64,000 bases of DNA from Flavobacteriaceae bacterium (GCA_041689245.1 JBDNGO010000115.1:2085-66084), one strand, 5' to 3'; positions 29,460 to 39,770 are shown, numbered from the stretch's first letter. A program made the numbers and translations. Notes: generated by a model from the letters alone, not told the origin.

Positions 29460-30572
29460 ATGAGAAAAATTATTCTTTCAGTACTAGGTTTATTATTAAT
29501 TGCTTCAGCATTTTTATTAGCAAAAAGCATGGTTGATAACAAGCAAAAACCAAAACCAACGTTTAATAAAACAATTAAAACTGTTTTTGTAGAAAAGGTA
29601 ACTAATAAAGAAATTCCGATTGTAATTAAAGCAAGTGGTAATTTAGTTGCAAAAAATAAAATCGAATTATTTTCTGAAGTTCAGGGTGTTTTACATACAG
29701 ACGAAAAAGCATTTAAAGCGGGTGTAATTTTTTCTAAAAATGAAACACTATTAAATATTAATAGTGATGAGTTTTATGCAAGTTTACAATCTCAAAAAAG
29801 TAATTTAATTAATAGTATAACGGCAATAATGCCAGATATTCGATTAGATTTTCCAAAAGAATTTAATAAATGGCAAACCTATTTAAACAATTTCGATTTA
29901 AATAAAACAACTTTAGAAATCCCTAAATTTTATTCTGATAAAGAAAAGTATTTTGTTTCCGGAAAAGGAATAACAACCAGCTATTTTAATGTAAAGACCT
30001 TAGAAGTTAAGTTAAAGAAATACAGTATAAGAGCGCCATATAACGGAATTTTAACAGAGACATTTGTTTCCGATGGAACATTGGTCAGAGCTGGTCAAAA
30101 ATTAGGAGAATTTATAGATCCATCTATTTTTGAAATGGAAGTTTCTATCAATGCTGCTTTTGCCGATTTGCTTAAAATAGGGAATACAGTTTCTTTAACA
30201 AACTTAGAAAGAACAAAAACGTACACAGGAAAAGTTATTCGTGTTAATGGAAAAGTAGATTTAGCTTCTCAAACAATTAAAGTATTTATAGAAGTTGCTT
30301 ATAAAGACTTAAAAGACGGCATGTATTTAGAAGCAAACGTTGTTGCCAAATCAGAAAACAATGCTTTCGAAATTTCTAGAAAATTATTAATAAACAACAA
30401 TAACGTTTATACTGTAAAAGACACCATTTTAAAACTTATAGAAGTAAATCCGGTGTATTTTAATGCAGAAACTGTTGTTATAAAAGGCTTGCCAAATAAC
30501 ACTTCGGTTTTAACACAATCTGTTCCTGGAGCATTTGACGGAATGGTTGTTAAAATTCAAAAAAAGGACTAA
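29460..30572 (+). CDS. Efflux RND periplasmic adaptor (membrane fusion protein)
   Basis: N-terminal anchor, alpha-hairpin and beta-barrel layout (IRAPYNGILTETFVSDGTLVRAGQKLGEF), positioned immediately upstream of the RND permease. Confidence 0.8.
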   Translation: MRKIILSVLGLLLIASAFLLAKSMVDNKQKPKPTFNKTIKTVFVEKVTNKEIPIVIKASGNLVAKNKIELFSEVQGVLHTDEKAFKAGVIFSKNETLLNINSDEFYASLQSQKSNLINSITAIMPDIRLDFPKEFNKWQTYLNNFDLNKTTLEIPKFYSDKEKYFVSGKGITTSYFNVKTLEVKLKKYSIRAPYNGILTETFVSDGTLVRAGQKLGEFIDPSIFEMEVSINAAFADLLKIGNTVSLTNLERTKTYTGKVIRVNGKVDLASQTIKVFIEVAYKDLKDGMYLEANVVAKSENNAFEISRKLLINNNNVYTVKDTILKLIEVNPVYFNAETVVIKGLPNNTSVLTQSVPGAFDGMVVKIQKKD

Positions 30573-30575
30573 AAG

Positions 30576-33500
30576 ATGAAAAAAATAATTATATATTTCA
30601 TTAAATATCCTGTTGCGGTAAACGTGTTTATTCTTGCGTTTGTGGCATTTGGTATTATTGGTGTTTTAGGAATGAAATCTTCTTTTTTTCCTTTAGTAGA
30701 TTCACAATTAATCAGTATTAATCTTACATATCCTGGAGCTTCACCAGAAGAAATTGAGGAAGGAGTTGTCTTAAAAATTGAAGATAATTTAAAAGGAATT
30801 GTAGGTGTAGAAAGAGTAACTTCTGTATCTAGAGAAAACTCAGCATCTGTAAATGTAGAGGTTGTAAAAGGTAAAAACATTGATGTTGTTTTATCGGATG
30901 TAAAAAATGCAGTTGATAGAGTTCCGTCTTTTCCTTCAGGAATGGAACCACCTGTAATTGCAAAAATAGAAACCACAACACCAACCATAAGTTTTACAAT
31001 TAGCGGAGAAGGCCTGTCTTTAAAATCGTTAAAAGATTACGCCAGAACAATTGAAAATGATTTAAGAAGTTTAGACGGAATTTCACAAGTTTCATTATCT
31101 GGATTTCCGGCAGAAGAAATAGAAATTTCTGTAAGAGAAAACGATTTAAGAGCCTATAATTTATCTATTGCAGAAGTAACAAACGCTGTTAGAAACACAA
31201 ACCTTTTAATTACTGGGGGAAATATAAAAACGGCAGATGAAGATTATTTAATTAGAGCAAGAAATAGATCTTATTATGGTGTAGAACTGCAAAATTTAAT
31301 TGTTAGAACCACAACTTCTGGGAACATTATTCGATTAAAAGATGTAGCAGAGGTAAAAGATACTTGGTCAGAAAATCCTGATAGAACTTACTATAACGGA
31401 GACGTTGCAATTAACGTTACGGTTAGCAATACAAACAACGAAGATTTAATTTCTTCTGCAGATAAGATAAAAGAATACATCTATAAATTTAATCAGCAAA
31501 ATAGTAATGTTACATTAAATATTTCTAGTGATGCCTCTATAACCTTAAACCAAAGAACTCAATTATTAGTACAAAATGGAATCTTCGGAATTCTTTTAGT
31601 ATTGTTTTTCTTAGCATTATTTTTAAATGTAAGATTAGCGTTTTGGGTTGCGTTTGGGTTGCCAATTTCATTTTTCGGGATGTTTGTTTTTGCCGCACAA
31701 TTAGGCGTAACCATAAATGTATTATCGCTTTTTGGAATGATTATCGTAATTGGTATTTTGGTTGATGATGGGATTGTTATTGGAGAAAATATTTACCACC
31801 ATTATTATGATAAAGGAAAATCTAAAATTCGTGCTGCAATTGACGGAACAATGGAAGTGATTCCTCCAATTGTTTCAGCAATTTTAACTACATTAATTGC
31901 TTTTTCTACCTTCTATTTTGTTGATGGAAGAATAGGGAGTTTCTTTGGAGAAGTTTCTACAATTGTAATATTAACACTAAGTGTTTCGTTAATAGAAGCC
32001 TTAATAATTCTTCCTGCACATATTGTACATTCAAAAGCACTTTCTAGAAAAAATGAAGAGCTTGGAATCACAAAAAAACCAAATAAAATTGAAGCGTTTT
32101 TCAAAAAAGCAAACAAAAAAGCGGATGATTTAATGGTAGGCGTAAGAGATAATTATTACATCCCATTTTTACGATTTTCTCTTAAAAATAAATTATTGGC
32201 ATTTGCAATTCCAATCTCATTGTTAATTTTTAGTTTTGGAGCTATTGGTGGAGGAATCGTAAAAACATCATTTTTTCCAACGGTAGCAAGTGATCGTATT
32301 CAGATTACGCTAAAAATGCCACAAGGGACAAATGATAAAATTACAGATTCTATCATTTCTGTTATCGAAAATAAAGTTTGGCTAGTAAGTGATGAGTTTA
32401 CAAAAAAGCAAACCGGTAATATTAGAGTTGTAGAAAATGTTATTAAAAGAGTTGGACCAGGAACGGCAAATGGAACTCTAACAATAAATCTTTTACCAGG
32501 AGAATCAAGAGAGTTTTCATCACCAGAAATTACAAATGAGATTAGAGAAAAAGTAGGGAAAATTTATAGCGCAGAAAGTATCACTTTTGGTTCTGGAGGA
32601 AACTTTGGAGGAAGTCCTGTTGCAGTTTCTCTATTAGGAAATAATATTAATGAACTGAAAGCAGCAAAAGAACTCTTAAAAATTGAGTTAGAAAAAAATT
32701 CATTATTAAAAGATATTTCTGATAATGATCCTGCCGGAATTAAAGAAGTTCGTATCAAGCTTAAAGACAATGCGTATCTCTTAGGATTAAACCTGCAATC
32801 CGTAATGAACCAAGTTAGATTTGCTTTCTTTGGTTCACAAGCACAGCGTTTTCAAAGAGGACAAGACGAAATAAAAGTTTGGGTTCGTTATAATAAAAAG
32901 GACAGATCATCTATTAAAAATTTAGACGATATGCGAGTTGTTACACCAACAAATGAGCGAGTTCCTTTTTCAGAAATTGCAACTTATGAAATTGCGCGTG
33001 GAGATATTGCAATTAATCATTTAAGTGGTAAAAGAGAAATTCAGATTACTGCAGATATGAAAACTCCTGGAGAAAGCGCAACAGATATTTTAGAGGATAT
33101 AAGAGTGAACATTATGCCAAATATTGTTTCTCAATATGCTACGGTTACACCTTTGTATGAAGGACAAAATAGAGAAGCAAAAAAAACGATAGATTCTATA
33201 AAAATTGTTGGGCCAATTATACTAATCCTGATTTATTTAGTAATTGCATTTACTTTTAGATCGTATAGTCAACCAATATTACTAATTATAATGATTCCTT
33301 TTAGCATGATTGGTATTGTTTGGGGTCATTATTTACACAATTTTGCTATCGGTATTTTATCTTGGTTAGGAATTATTGCTTTGATAGGAATTATGGTAAA
33401 TGATGGTTTGGTTCTCATCGGAAAATTTAACACCTATCTTAAAGAGGGAATGAAATATGATGAAGCTTTAATTCAGGCTGGAAAATCTCGTTTTAGAGCA

Positions 33501-33608
33501 ATTATTTTAACTTCTTTAACAACTGTTGCCGGATTAGCGCCATTATTATTAGAAAAAAGTAGACAAGCTCAGTTCTTAAAACCAATGGCAATTTCAATTT
33601 CTTACTGA
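30576..33608 (+). CDS. Efflux RND transporter permease (AcrB/CzcA superfamily), ended prematurely by an in-frame TGA before the last TM helix
   Basis: 12-TM RND architecture with two large periplasmic loops (GMIIVIGILVDDGIVIGENI, IGIMVNDGLVLI). The ORF stops at ...PMAISISY, one helix short of a complete RND permease. Confidence 0.9.
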   Translation: MKKIIIYFIKYPVAVNVFILAFVAFGIIGVLGMKSSFFPLVDSQLISINLTYPGASPEEIEEGVVLKIEDNLKGIVGVERVTSVSRENSASVNVEVVKGKNIDVVLSDVKNAVDRVPSFPSGMEPPVIAKIETTTPTISFTISGEGLSLKSLKDYARTIENDLRSLDGISQVSLSGFPAEEIEISVRENDLRAYNLSIAEVTNAVRNTNLLITGGNIKTADEDYLIRARNRSYYGVELQNLIVRTTTSGNIIRLKDVAEVKDTWSENPDRTYYNGDVAINVTVSNTNNEDLISSADKIKEYIYKFNQQNSNVTLNISSDASITLNQRTQLLVQNGIFGILLVLFFLALFLNVRLAFWVAFGLPISFFGMFVFAAQLGVTINVLSLFGMIIVIGILVDDGIVIGENIYHHYYDKGKSKIRAAIDGTMEVIPPIVSAILTTLIAFSTFYFVDGRIGSFFGEVSTIVILTLSVSLIEALIILPAHIVHSKALSRKNEELGITKKPNKIEAFFKKANKKADDLMVGVRDNYYIPFLRFSLKNKLLAFAIPISLLIFSFGAIGGGIVKTSFFPTVASDRIQITLKMPQGTNDKITDSIISVIENKVWLVSDEFTKKQTGNIRVVENVIKRVGPGTANGTLTINLLPGESREFSSPEITNEIREKVGKIYSAESITFGSGGNFGGSPVAVSLLGNNINELKAAKELLKIELEKNSLLKDISDNDPAGIKEVRIKLKDNAYLLGLNLQSVMNQVRFAFFGSQAQRFQRGQDEIKVWVRYNKKDRSSIKNLDDMRVVTPTNERVPFSEIATYEIARGDIAINHLSGKREIQITADMKTPGESATDILEDIRVNIMPNIVSQYATVTPLYEGQNREAKKTIDSIKIVGPIILILIYLVIAFTFRSYSQPILLIIMIPFSMIGIVWGHYLHNFAIGILSWLGIIALIGIMVNDGLVLIGKFNTYLKEGMKYDEALIQAGKSRFRAIILTSLTTVAGLAPLLLEKSRQAQFLKPMAISISY

Positions 33609-33776
33609 ATTGCAATTGCAACTATTTTAACGTTGATTTTATTACCATTATTATTATCTGTTTCAAACCAGATAAAGGTGTTTATCAAATGGTTAAAAAC
33701 AGGAGAAAAAGTGACACAAGAAGAAGTAGAAGGAGCAATTATCGAATCTAAATTTGAACACGATGAAGAATACTAA
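33609..33776 (+). pseudogene. In-frame continuation of the RND permease (final TM helix plus cytoplasmic tail), detached by the TGA at 33606-33608
   Basis: The same frame reads IAIATILTLILLPLLLSVSNQIKVFIKWLKTGEKVTQEEVEGAIIESKFEHDEEY, then TAA at 33774-33776. This is exactly the segment expected to complete TM12. Confidence 0.7.
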
Positions 33777-35082
33777 AATATATATAATCATTCTAATTGT
33801 TTTGCTTTCATTTCAAGCAAAAGCGCAGCAAATTTTAACAAAAAAAGAAGCGTTAAAAATTACCTTAGAAAATAATTACGGGATTAAAATTGCAAACAAT
33901 AATATTGTCATTGCAAACAATAATACCAATGTTTTAAACATTAAATTTTTACCAACCGTATCGGCTTCTTCTGGCGCAAATTATAGCAACAGCAATCAGA
34001 AAATAACTAGACAAGATAATTCGGTAACAGAAGTTAATGGCGCAGTAACAAAATCCTATAATGCATCTGTAAATGTCAACTATACTATTTTTGATGGTTT
34101 AGGGAGAAAATACAATTACGAAGTATTAAAAGAAACGTACAATTTATCTGAATTACAAGCAAAAGAGACGATTGAAAATACGTATTTACAGTTATTTACG
34201 GTGTATTTTCAAATTGCTCGATTGTCAGAAAATAACAACAATTTAAAAGAAGCTTTAAACATTTCTAACCAACGTTTACAAAGAGCAAAATACAAACATC
34301 AATACGGGCAATCTACAAAGTTAGAATTGTTGAATGCGGAGGTAGATGTTAATAATGATAGCATTGCATTAATCAATTCTAAACAGCAATATTTAAATGC
34401 AAAAAGAAGTTTAAATATTGTGTTAGGTCAACAAAAAGAGATTAATTATGAAGTAGAAACTGAGGTTACTTTTAATCAAATCTTAAATTTTGATGAATTG
34501 CTAAATAAAGCAAAAACAAATAACGTTTTACTGAAAAAGACGGAGAAAAACCTTGCAATAAGCGAGTTTAATATCAAAATAAACAAGGCAAGTTATTTGC
34601 CGAAAATTGGATTGACAACTTCTTACGGATGGAACAAAAGTGAAAACCCATCCACCTCTTTTTCTGCAGCTTCTAATTCTAACGGATTAAATGCGGGGTT
34701 AAATCTTTCTTGGAATATTTTTGATGGCGGAAGCACAAAAACGCGTGTAGCAAATTCTAAAATCGCACTTGATAATCAACAAATTTTATTGCAACAACAA
34801 AACGAAACCTTAGAGAATACTTTAAAAAACACATGGTCTTTGTACAACAACAAGTTATTTGTCTTAAAAGCCCAAGAGAAAAATATAGTTTCAAGTCAAA
34901 ATAATTTTGATAGAACCAAAGAACGATACAATTTAGGTCAAGTTACATCAATAGAATTTAGACAAGCACAAATCAATTTAATCAATAGCAAAACAGCATA
35001 TAACAACACAAAATATGATGCGAAATTAATTGAATTAGAATTGCTTCAATTAACAGGCGAAATACTAAACTCTGAGATTTAA
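33763..35082 (+). CDS. TolC-family outer-membrane efflux protein
   Basis: Signal peptide and duplicated OEP repeats (e.g. LPKIGLTTSYGWNK..., YNLGQVTSIEFRQAQINL). Last gene of the efflux operon. The ORF is open from 33754. Confidence 0.85.
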   Translation: MKNTKIYIIILIVLLSFQAKAQQILTKKEALKITLENNYGIKIANNNIVIANNNTNVLNIKFLPTVSASSGANYSNSNQKITRQDNSVTEVNGAVTKSYNASVNVNYTIFDGLGRKYNYEVLKETYNLSELQAKETIENTYLQLFTVYFQIARLSENNNNLKEALNISNQRLQRAKYKHQYGQSTKLELLNAEVDVNNDSIALINSKQQYLNAKRSLNIVLGQQKEINYEVETEVTFNQILNFDELLNKAKTNNVLLKKTEKNLAISEFNIKINKASYLPKIGLTTSYGWNKSENPSTSFSAASNSNGLNAGLNLSWNIFDGGSTKTRVANSKIALDNQQILLQQQNETLENTLKNTWSLYNNKLFVLKAQEKNIVSSQNNFDRTKERYNLGQVTSIEFRQAQINLINSKTAYNNTKYDAKLIELELLQLTGEILNSEI

Positions 35083-35100
35083 ACGAAAAACAAAATCATA

Positions 35101-35136
35101 AAAAAAGAGCTGATAAAATATCAGCTCTTTTTTTAT
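35101..35136. terminator. Bidirectional intrinsic terminator between the TolC-family gene (+) and gcdH (-)
   Basis: 11-bp stem AAGAGCTGATA (35105-35115) / TATCAGCTCTT (35119-35129) with an AAA loop, an A-run 5' and a T-run 3'. Confidence 0.8.
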
Positions 35137-35153
35137 TTATATAAAGATTTTAC

Positions 35154-36332
35154 TTATTTAAAAGCACTTAACCCTGTAATATCAAATCCGGTTATTAATA
35201 AGTGAATATCGTGTGTTCCTTCATAGGTAATTACACTTTCTAAGTTCATAGAATGACGCATAATAGAATATTCACCAGTAATTCCCATTCCACCTAACAT
35301 TTGTCTTGCTTCTCTGGCAATGGTAATTGCCATGTCTACATTATTTCGTTTTGCCATAGAAATTTGAGCAGAAGTTGCTCTATCTTCATTGCGTAAAACA
35401 CCCAAACGCCACGTTAATAATTGCGCTTTGGTAATTTCAGTAATCATTTCAGCTAATTTTTTTTGTTGCAATTGAAATTGTCCAATTGGTTTTCCGAATT
35501 GAACACGTTCTTTAGAATAACGTAAAGCCGTATCGTAACAATCCATTGCAGCACCAATTGCTCCCCAAGCGATTCCGTAACGAGCCGAATCTAAACAACC
35601 TAACGGCGCCCCTAATCCAGATTTGTTTGGTAATAAGTTTTCTTTAGGAACTTTTACATTATCAAAAATCAATTCTCCCGTTGAAGAAGCACGAAGTGAC
35701 CATTTATTATGCGTTTCTGGTGTAGAAAAACCTTCCATTCCACGTTCTACAAGTAATCCATGAATTCTTCCACTTTCATCTTTGGCCCAAACCACAGCAA
35801 CTTGTGCAAAAGGGGCATTAGAAATCCACATTTTTGCACCGTTTAATAGATAATGATCTCCCATATCTTTAAACTTGGTTTCCATTCCGCTTGGATTAGA
35901 ACCATGATCTGGCTCTGTCAAACCGAAACAACCAATCCATTCACCAGATGCTAATTTTGGTAAATATTTTTGACGTTGTTCTTCGTTTCCATATTTCCAA
36001 ATAGGATACATTACTAAAGAAGATTGTACAGAAGCAGTAGAACGAACACCAGAATCTCCACGTTCTATTTCTTGCATAATCAACCCATAAGAAATTTGAT
36101 CTAAACCAGCACCACCATATTCTTCTGGAATATATGGGCCAAAAGCACCAATTTCTGCCAAACCATTAATAATTTGAGTAGGGAATTCTGCTTTTTGAGC
36201 ATATTCTTCAATAATTGGAGAAACTTCTCTTTTTACCCATTCTCTTGCGGCGTCTCTAACTAATTTATGCTCTTCGGTTAATAAATCATCTAATTGATAA
36301 TAATCTGGAGCTTGAAATAAATCTGGTTTCAT
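35154..36332 (-). CDS. gcdH: Acyl-CoA dehydrogenase, glutaryl-CoA dehydrogenase-like
   Basis: GCFGLTEPDHGSNPSGMETK, LNGAKMWISNAP and the C-terminal YEGTHDIHLLITG, matching the GCDH subfamily pattern. 392 aa. Confidence 0.75.
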   Translation of the reverse strand: MKPDLFQAPDYYQLDDLLTEEHKLVRDAAREWVKREVSPIIEEYAQKAEFPTQIINGLAEIGAFGPYIPEEYGGAGLDQISYGLIMQEIERGDSGVRSTASVQSSLVMYPIWKYGNEEQRQKYLPKLASGEWIGCFGLTEPDHGSNPSGMETKFKDMGDHYLLNGAKMWISNAPFAQVAVVWAKDESGRIHGLLVERGMEGFSTPETHNKWSLRASSTGELIFDNVKVPKENLLPNKSGLGAPLGCLDSARYGIAWGAIGAAMDCYDTALRYSKERVQFGKPIGQFQLQQKKLAEMITEITKAQLLTWRLGVLRNEDRATSAQISMAKRNNVDMAITIAREARQMLGGMGITGEYSIMRHSMNLESVITYEGTHDIHLLITGFDITGLSAFK

Positions 36333-36402
36333 TATAATTTTATGATTTGAAGTTTCAAAAGTAAATATTACTTCTGATATAGATATGAAATCTTTGAACT
36401 TT

Positions 36403-37485
36403 TTAGTCGTTTAAAAATTGAGCAAGTAATCTATGAAAGTGATGAACCCCTTTTTCTCTTGTTGGAGAAAATCTACCCGCTTTATAAAAAGAAGATTTTA
36501 CACCTTTTTGAACCTGCTCTACAACAAATTCATCTTCTCTCTGAACCTTATCAATATCTCCGCTTGCGCCTTTATTTAATTTTGAAGAATCTAAAACATA
36601 AGAGATAAAAGAGACTTTTGTTCTATTCAAATCTAAAGGTTTTACAATATTTACAGATAAACCCCAAGGATAAAAATTAAACATCATATTTGGAAAAACC
36701 CAATAATAATAAGCCGCTACATTTTTACCATAATCAATATGATTTTTTGGTAAGTCAAAAACCTCAATTGCATCATCAGTATAGCCAATTTGTAGATTAC
36801 AATAGTCATAAATTTCTGTTTTATAACTTCCATAATCTAACACAGCATTTAAATCTGGATGTACAAAAGGCACATGAAAACCTTCCAAATAATTGTCGCA
36901 ATATAACGCCCAATTTGCGTGAACTAAATATTCCTTAGAAAGCGAAACATCTAAAGAAAAATCATCTAAAGGCAAAAAACCAACACGCTTATTCATTATG
37001 TCTAATACTTGCTGAAAATCAAAACTTGGATTTAAGCCAGCAAATAAAAATTGACTCCATTTTTTTAATGGGAATTTGTGTAAATTATCACAAGGTCTTG
37101 GAAAATCTTCTGTTTGTTCAAACTCAGGCATGTGCTCAAATTCTCCATTTAAGTTAAATCTTCTTCCGTGATAAAAACAAGTTAGTTTTTTTGATTTCCC
37201 AGGATTTAAAGCAACTAAATTTCCTCTATGTGTACATACATTTGTTAGACAATTAATTTCTTCGTTTTTGTTTTTTGTCAAGACCAAAGGCTCTGTTAAA
37301 TAACCATCTAACAACACAAAAGGATGAATAGATTGAGAAAAGGGAACTAAATTTTCATCACCAATCCATTGCCAAGATTTTAAAAACACGCGTTCTTTTA
37401 AAGCTTCAAAAACCGCACTATCTTTATAAAAAGATGCCGGTAATGTTTCTGCTTTTTTAATATCTGGGTGAATAAAAAACTTCAT
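36403..37485 (-). CDS. Rieske [2Fe-2S] non-heme-iron oxygenase, alpha-subunit type
   Basis: Rieske ligands CTHRGNLV...CFYHGRRF. The catalytic-domain motif NYLEGFHVPFVHPDL supplies iron ligands. The start is taken at MKFFIHP, although the ORF is open to 37524. Confidence 0.8.
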   Translation of the reverse strand: MKFFIHPDIKKAETLPASFYKDSAVFEALKERVFLKSWQWIGDENLVPFSQSIHPFVLLDGYLTEPLVLTKNKNEEINCLTNVCTHRGNLVALNPGKSKKLTCFYHGRRFNLNGEFEHMPEFEQTEDFPRPCDNLHKFPLKKWSQFLFAGLNPSFDFQQVLDIMNKRVGFLPLDDFSLDVSLSKEYLVHANWALYCDNYLEGFHVPFVHPDLNAVLDYGSYKTEIYDYCNLQIGYTDDAIEVFDLPKNHIDYGKNVAAYYYWVFPNMMFNFYPWGLSVNIVKPLDLNRTKVSFISYVLDSSKLNKGASGDIDKVQREDEFVVEQVQKGVKSSFYKAGRFSPTREKGVHHFHRLLAQFLND

Positions 37486-37541
37486 TTGTTGTTTATTAAT
37501 TAATTGTATCTTCGAGAATTGCATCTAAAAATACACAAAAT

Positions 37542-38852
37542 ATGAGTTCTAATCAGAAAAAAATAGGATTAATCACAACTACTTCTTTAGTGGTTGGAAA
37601 TATGATTGGAGCAGGAATTTTTTTATTGCCGGCATCATTAGCCAAGTATGGAAGTATTAGTTTATTGGGCTGGTTATTTACAGCTACAGGAGCCATTATC
37701 TTGGCAAAAATATTTAGCAACCTTAGTAAAATCATTGTCAATAAAAGTGGTGGACCATACATATATTCTAAAGAAGGATTTGGAGATTTTATCGGTTTTT
37801 TAGTCGCTTGGGGCTATTGGATTTCTTGCTGGATAAGCAATGCGGCAATAGCCATAGCTATTATCGGAGCCTTGAGTTTTTTCTTTCCCATTTTAGCAAG
37901 CAATTCTATTCTAGCTGTTATCGTGGGTTTAAGTATGATTTGGTTTTTTACTTGGGTAAATTCAAAAGGAGTAAAAACCTCTGGTAAAGTTCAAGTAGTA
38001 ACCACAATTTTAAAATTAGTACCATTAGTTTTTATAATTCTAATTGGCGCATTCTTTTTTAGTTTAGACAATTTCCCTGATTTTAATTTAACTGGCGACA
38101 GTAATTTTGCTGCTTTTCCCGTGGTTACAGCATTAACATTGTATGCTTTTTTAGGAATAGAATGTGCGAGTATTCCTGCAGAAAATGTAGAAAATCCAGA
38201 AAAAAATATTTCAAAAGCAACGATGTTTGGGACCATTATAACTACCTGTGTTTATATTTTTGGAACTATAGTTTTGTTTGGGGTTTTACCTACAGAGATA
38301 TTACAAAACTCTGCAGCACCATTTGCTGAAGCAGGAAAAATAATTGGCGGAGAATATACTGGTTATTTTGTTGCCGCTGGCGCAGCTATTTCTGGAATTG
38401 GCGCATTAAACGGTTGGATTTTAATTGTTGCTCAAATTCCGATGGCGGCAGCAAAAGATAAAATGTTTCCTAGAATATTTAAAAAGGAAAACAAAAATGG
38501 TGCTCCAATTTTAGGCTTAATAATTGGAAGTTTATTGAGCTCAATTGTAATGTTGATGAACTTCACTGAAGGGTTGGTTACACAATTTACGTTTATTGTA
38601 AACCTGACTGTTTTAACATGCTTGGTTCCTTATTTATTTGTTTCTGCGGCATATATTATTATTCTTATTGAAAGAAAAATTCATTTGAATAGCTTTATAA
38701 AAACATTTATACTTGGTTTATTAGGGTTTTCATATTCGGTTTGGGCAATTTATGGCTCCGGAGCAGAAGTAGTTTTTTACGGATTTTTATTATTATTGCT
38801 TGGAATTCCGTTTTACGCACTAATGCAATGGAATAAAACAAAAAACAAATGA
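37542..38852 (+). CDS. APC-superfamily amino acid permease (basic amino acid/polyamine antiporter-like)
   Basis: 436 aa with 12 TM helices. The N-terminal motif is LVVGNMIGAGIFLLPASLA. Confidence 0.8.
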   Translation: MSSNQKKIGLITTTSLVVGNMIGAGIFLLPASLAKYGSISLLGWLFTATGAIILAKIFSNLSKIIVNKSGGPYIYSKEGFGDFIGFLVAWGYWISCWISNAAIAIAIIGALSFFFPILASNSILAVIVGLSMIWFFTWVNSKGVKTSGKVQVVTTILKLVPLVFIILIGAFFFSLDNFPDFNLTGDSNFAAFPVVTALTLYAFLGIECASIPAENVENPEKNISKATMFGTIITTCVYIFGTIVLFGVLPTEILQNSAAPFAEAGKIIGGEYTGYFVAAGAAISGIGALNGWILIVAQIPMAAAKDKMFPRIFKKENKNGAPILGLIIGSLLSSIVMLMNFTEGLVTQFTFIVNLTVLTCLVPYLFVSAAYIIILIERKIHLNSFIKTFILGLLGFSYSVWAIYGSGAEVVFYGFLLLLLGIPFYALMQWNKTKNK

Positions 38853-39727
38853 GCAAAACACATCATTCAGAATATTTAAGGTTAGAGTCGGTTTATATAA
38901 AATCAGCAAAAGAAGCATTTCAATCTAATGAATTGTTGGAAAACCAATGGGAGGAATTGAATTATTTATCGAAACCAAATTTTAGTTTAGCCCTTAAAGA
39001 GTATGAAAATTTTGAATCGATTTTTAAACAAAACAATATTGAAGTTCATCATTTTCCCTCAAACGAAAATGTAAAAATGGATTCTATTTATTGTAGAGAT
39101 GCATCCATTGCAACAGATTTCGGAATCATCATTTGTAATATGGGAAAAGAGGGCAGAATCAATGAGCCAAAAGCGCAATTAAAAGAATATCAAAAACAAG
39201 GCATCAATATTTTAGGAGTAATTAAATCTCCTGGAACTATAGAAGGTGGCGATGTTGCTTGGTTGGATAAAAAAACGTTGGCTGTTGGGCATACATATAG
39301 AACAAATGAAGAAGGAATAAAACAGTTAAAACAATTGTTAGAATCAAAAGGAGTTGTCATTATAGTTGCAAATTTACCGCACTATAAAGGCAACCAAGAT
39401 GTGTTTCACTTAATGTCTATTTTAAGTCCGGTTGATGCAAATTTAGCCGTTGTATATTCTCCATTAATGCCAATAAAATTTAGAAATGAATTACTAGAAA
39501 GAGGTTTTCAACTGATAGAAGTTCCAGAAGAAGAATTTGAATCAATGGGATGTAATGTGTTGGCAATATCACCAAGAAATTGCGTAATGGTTGAAGGAAA
39601 CCCAATTACAAAAAACTTACTTGAAAAAGCTGGATGTAAAGTTAATAGCTATTTAGGAAAAGAAATAAGCGTAAAAGGAGGTGGCGGACCAACGTGTTTA
39701 ACAAGGCCTTTGTTAAGAATCGACTAA
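38849..39727 (+). CDS. Amidinotransferase-fold hydrolase (dimethylarginine dimethylaminohydrolase / arginine deiminase-related)
   Basis: 292 aa. The C-terminal GGGGPTCLTRPL contains the family catalytic Cys, and mid-protein IEGGDV and HLMS motifs are present. An ATGA overlap links it to the permease. Confidence 0.65.
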   Translation: MSKTHHSEYLRLESVYIKSAKEAFQSNELLENQWEELNYLSKPNFSLALKEYENFESIFKQNNIEVHHFPSNENVKMDSIYCRDASIATDFGIIICNMGKEGRINEPKAQLKEYQKQGINILGVIKSPGTIEGGDVAWLDKKTLAVGHTYRTNEEGIKQLKQLLESKGVVIIVANLPHYKGNQDVFHLMSILSPVDANLAVVYSPLMPIKFRNELLERGFQLIEVPEEEFESMGCNVLAISPRNCVMVEGNPITKNLLEKAGCKVNSYLGKEISVKGGGGPTCLTRPLLRID

Positions 39728-39770
39728 ATTTATACTTAAAAAAGCAACTCTTTTGTGTAAATTTGTAATA

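Noticed and set aside
33606-33608. TGA read as a sense codon by an alternative genetic code (for example TGA as Gly or Trp) or as selenocysteine.
   Set aside because: TGA functions as the genuine stop of several well-delimited genes in the window (8092-8094, 23801-23803, 38850-38852). There is no SECIS-like hairpin immediately downstream, and the position is not a redox-active site.
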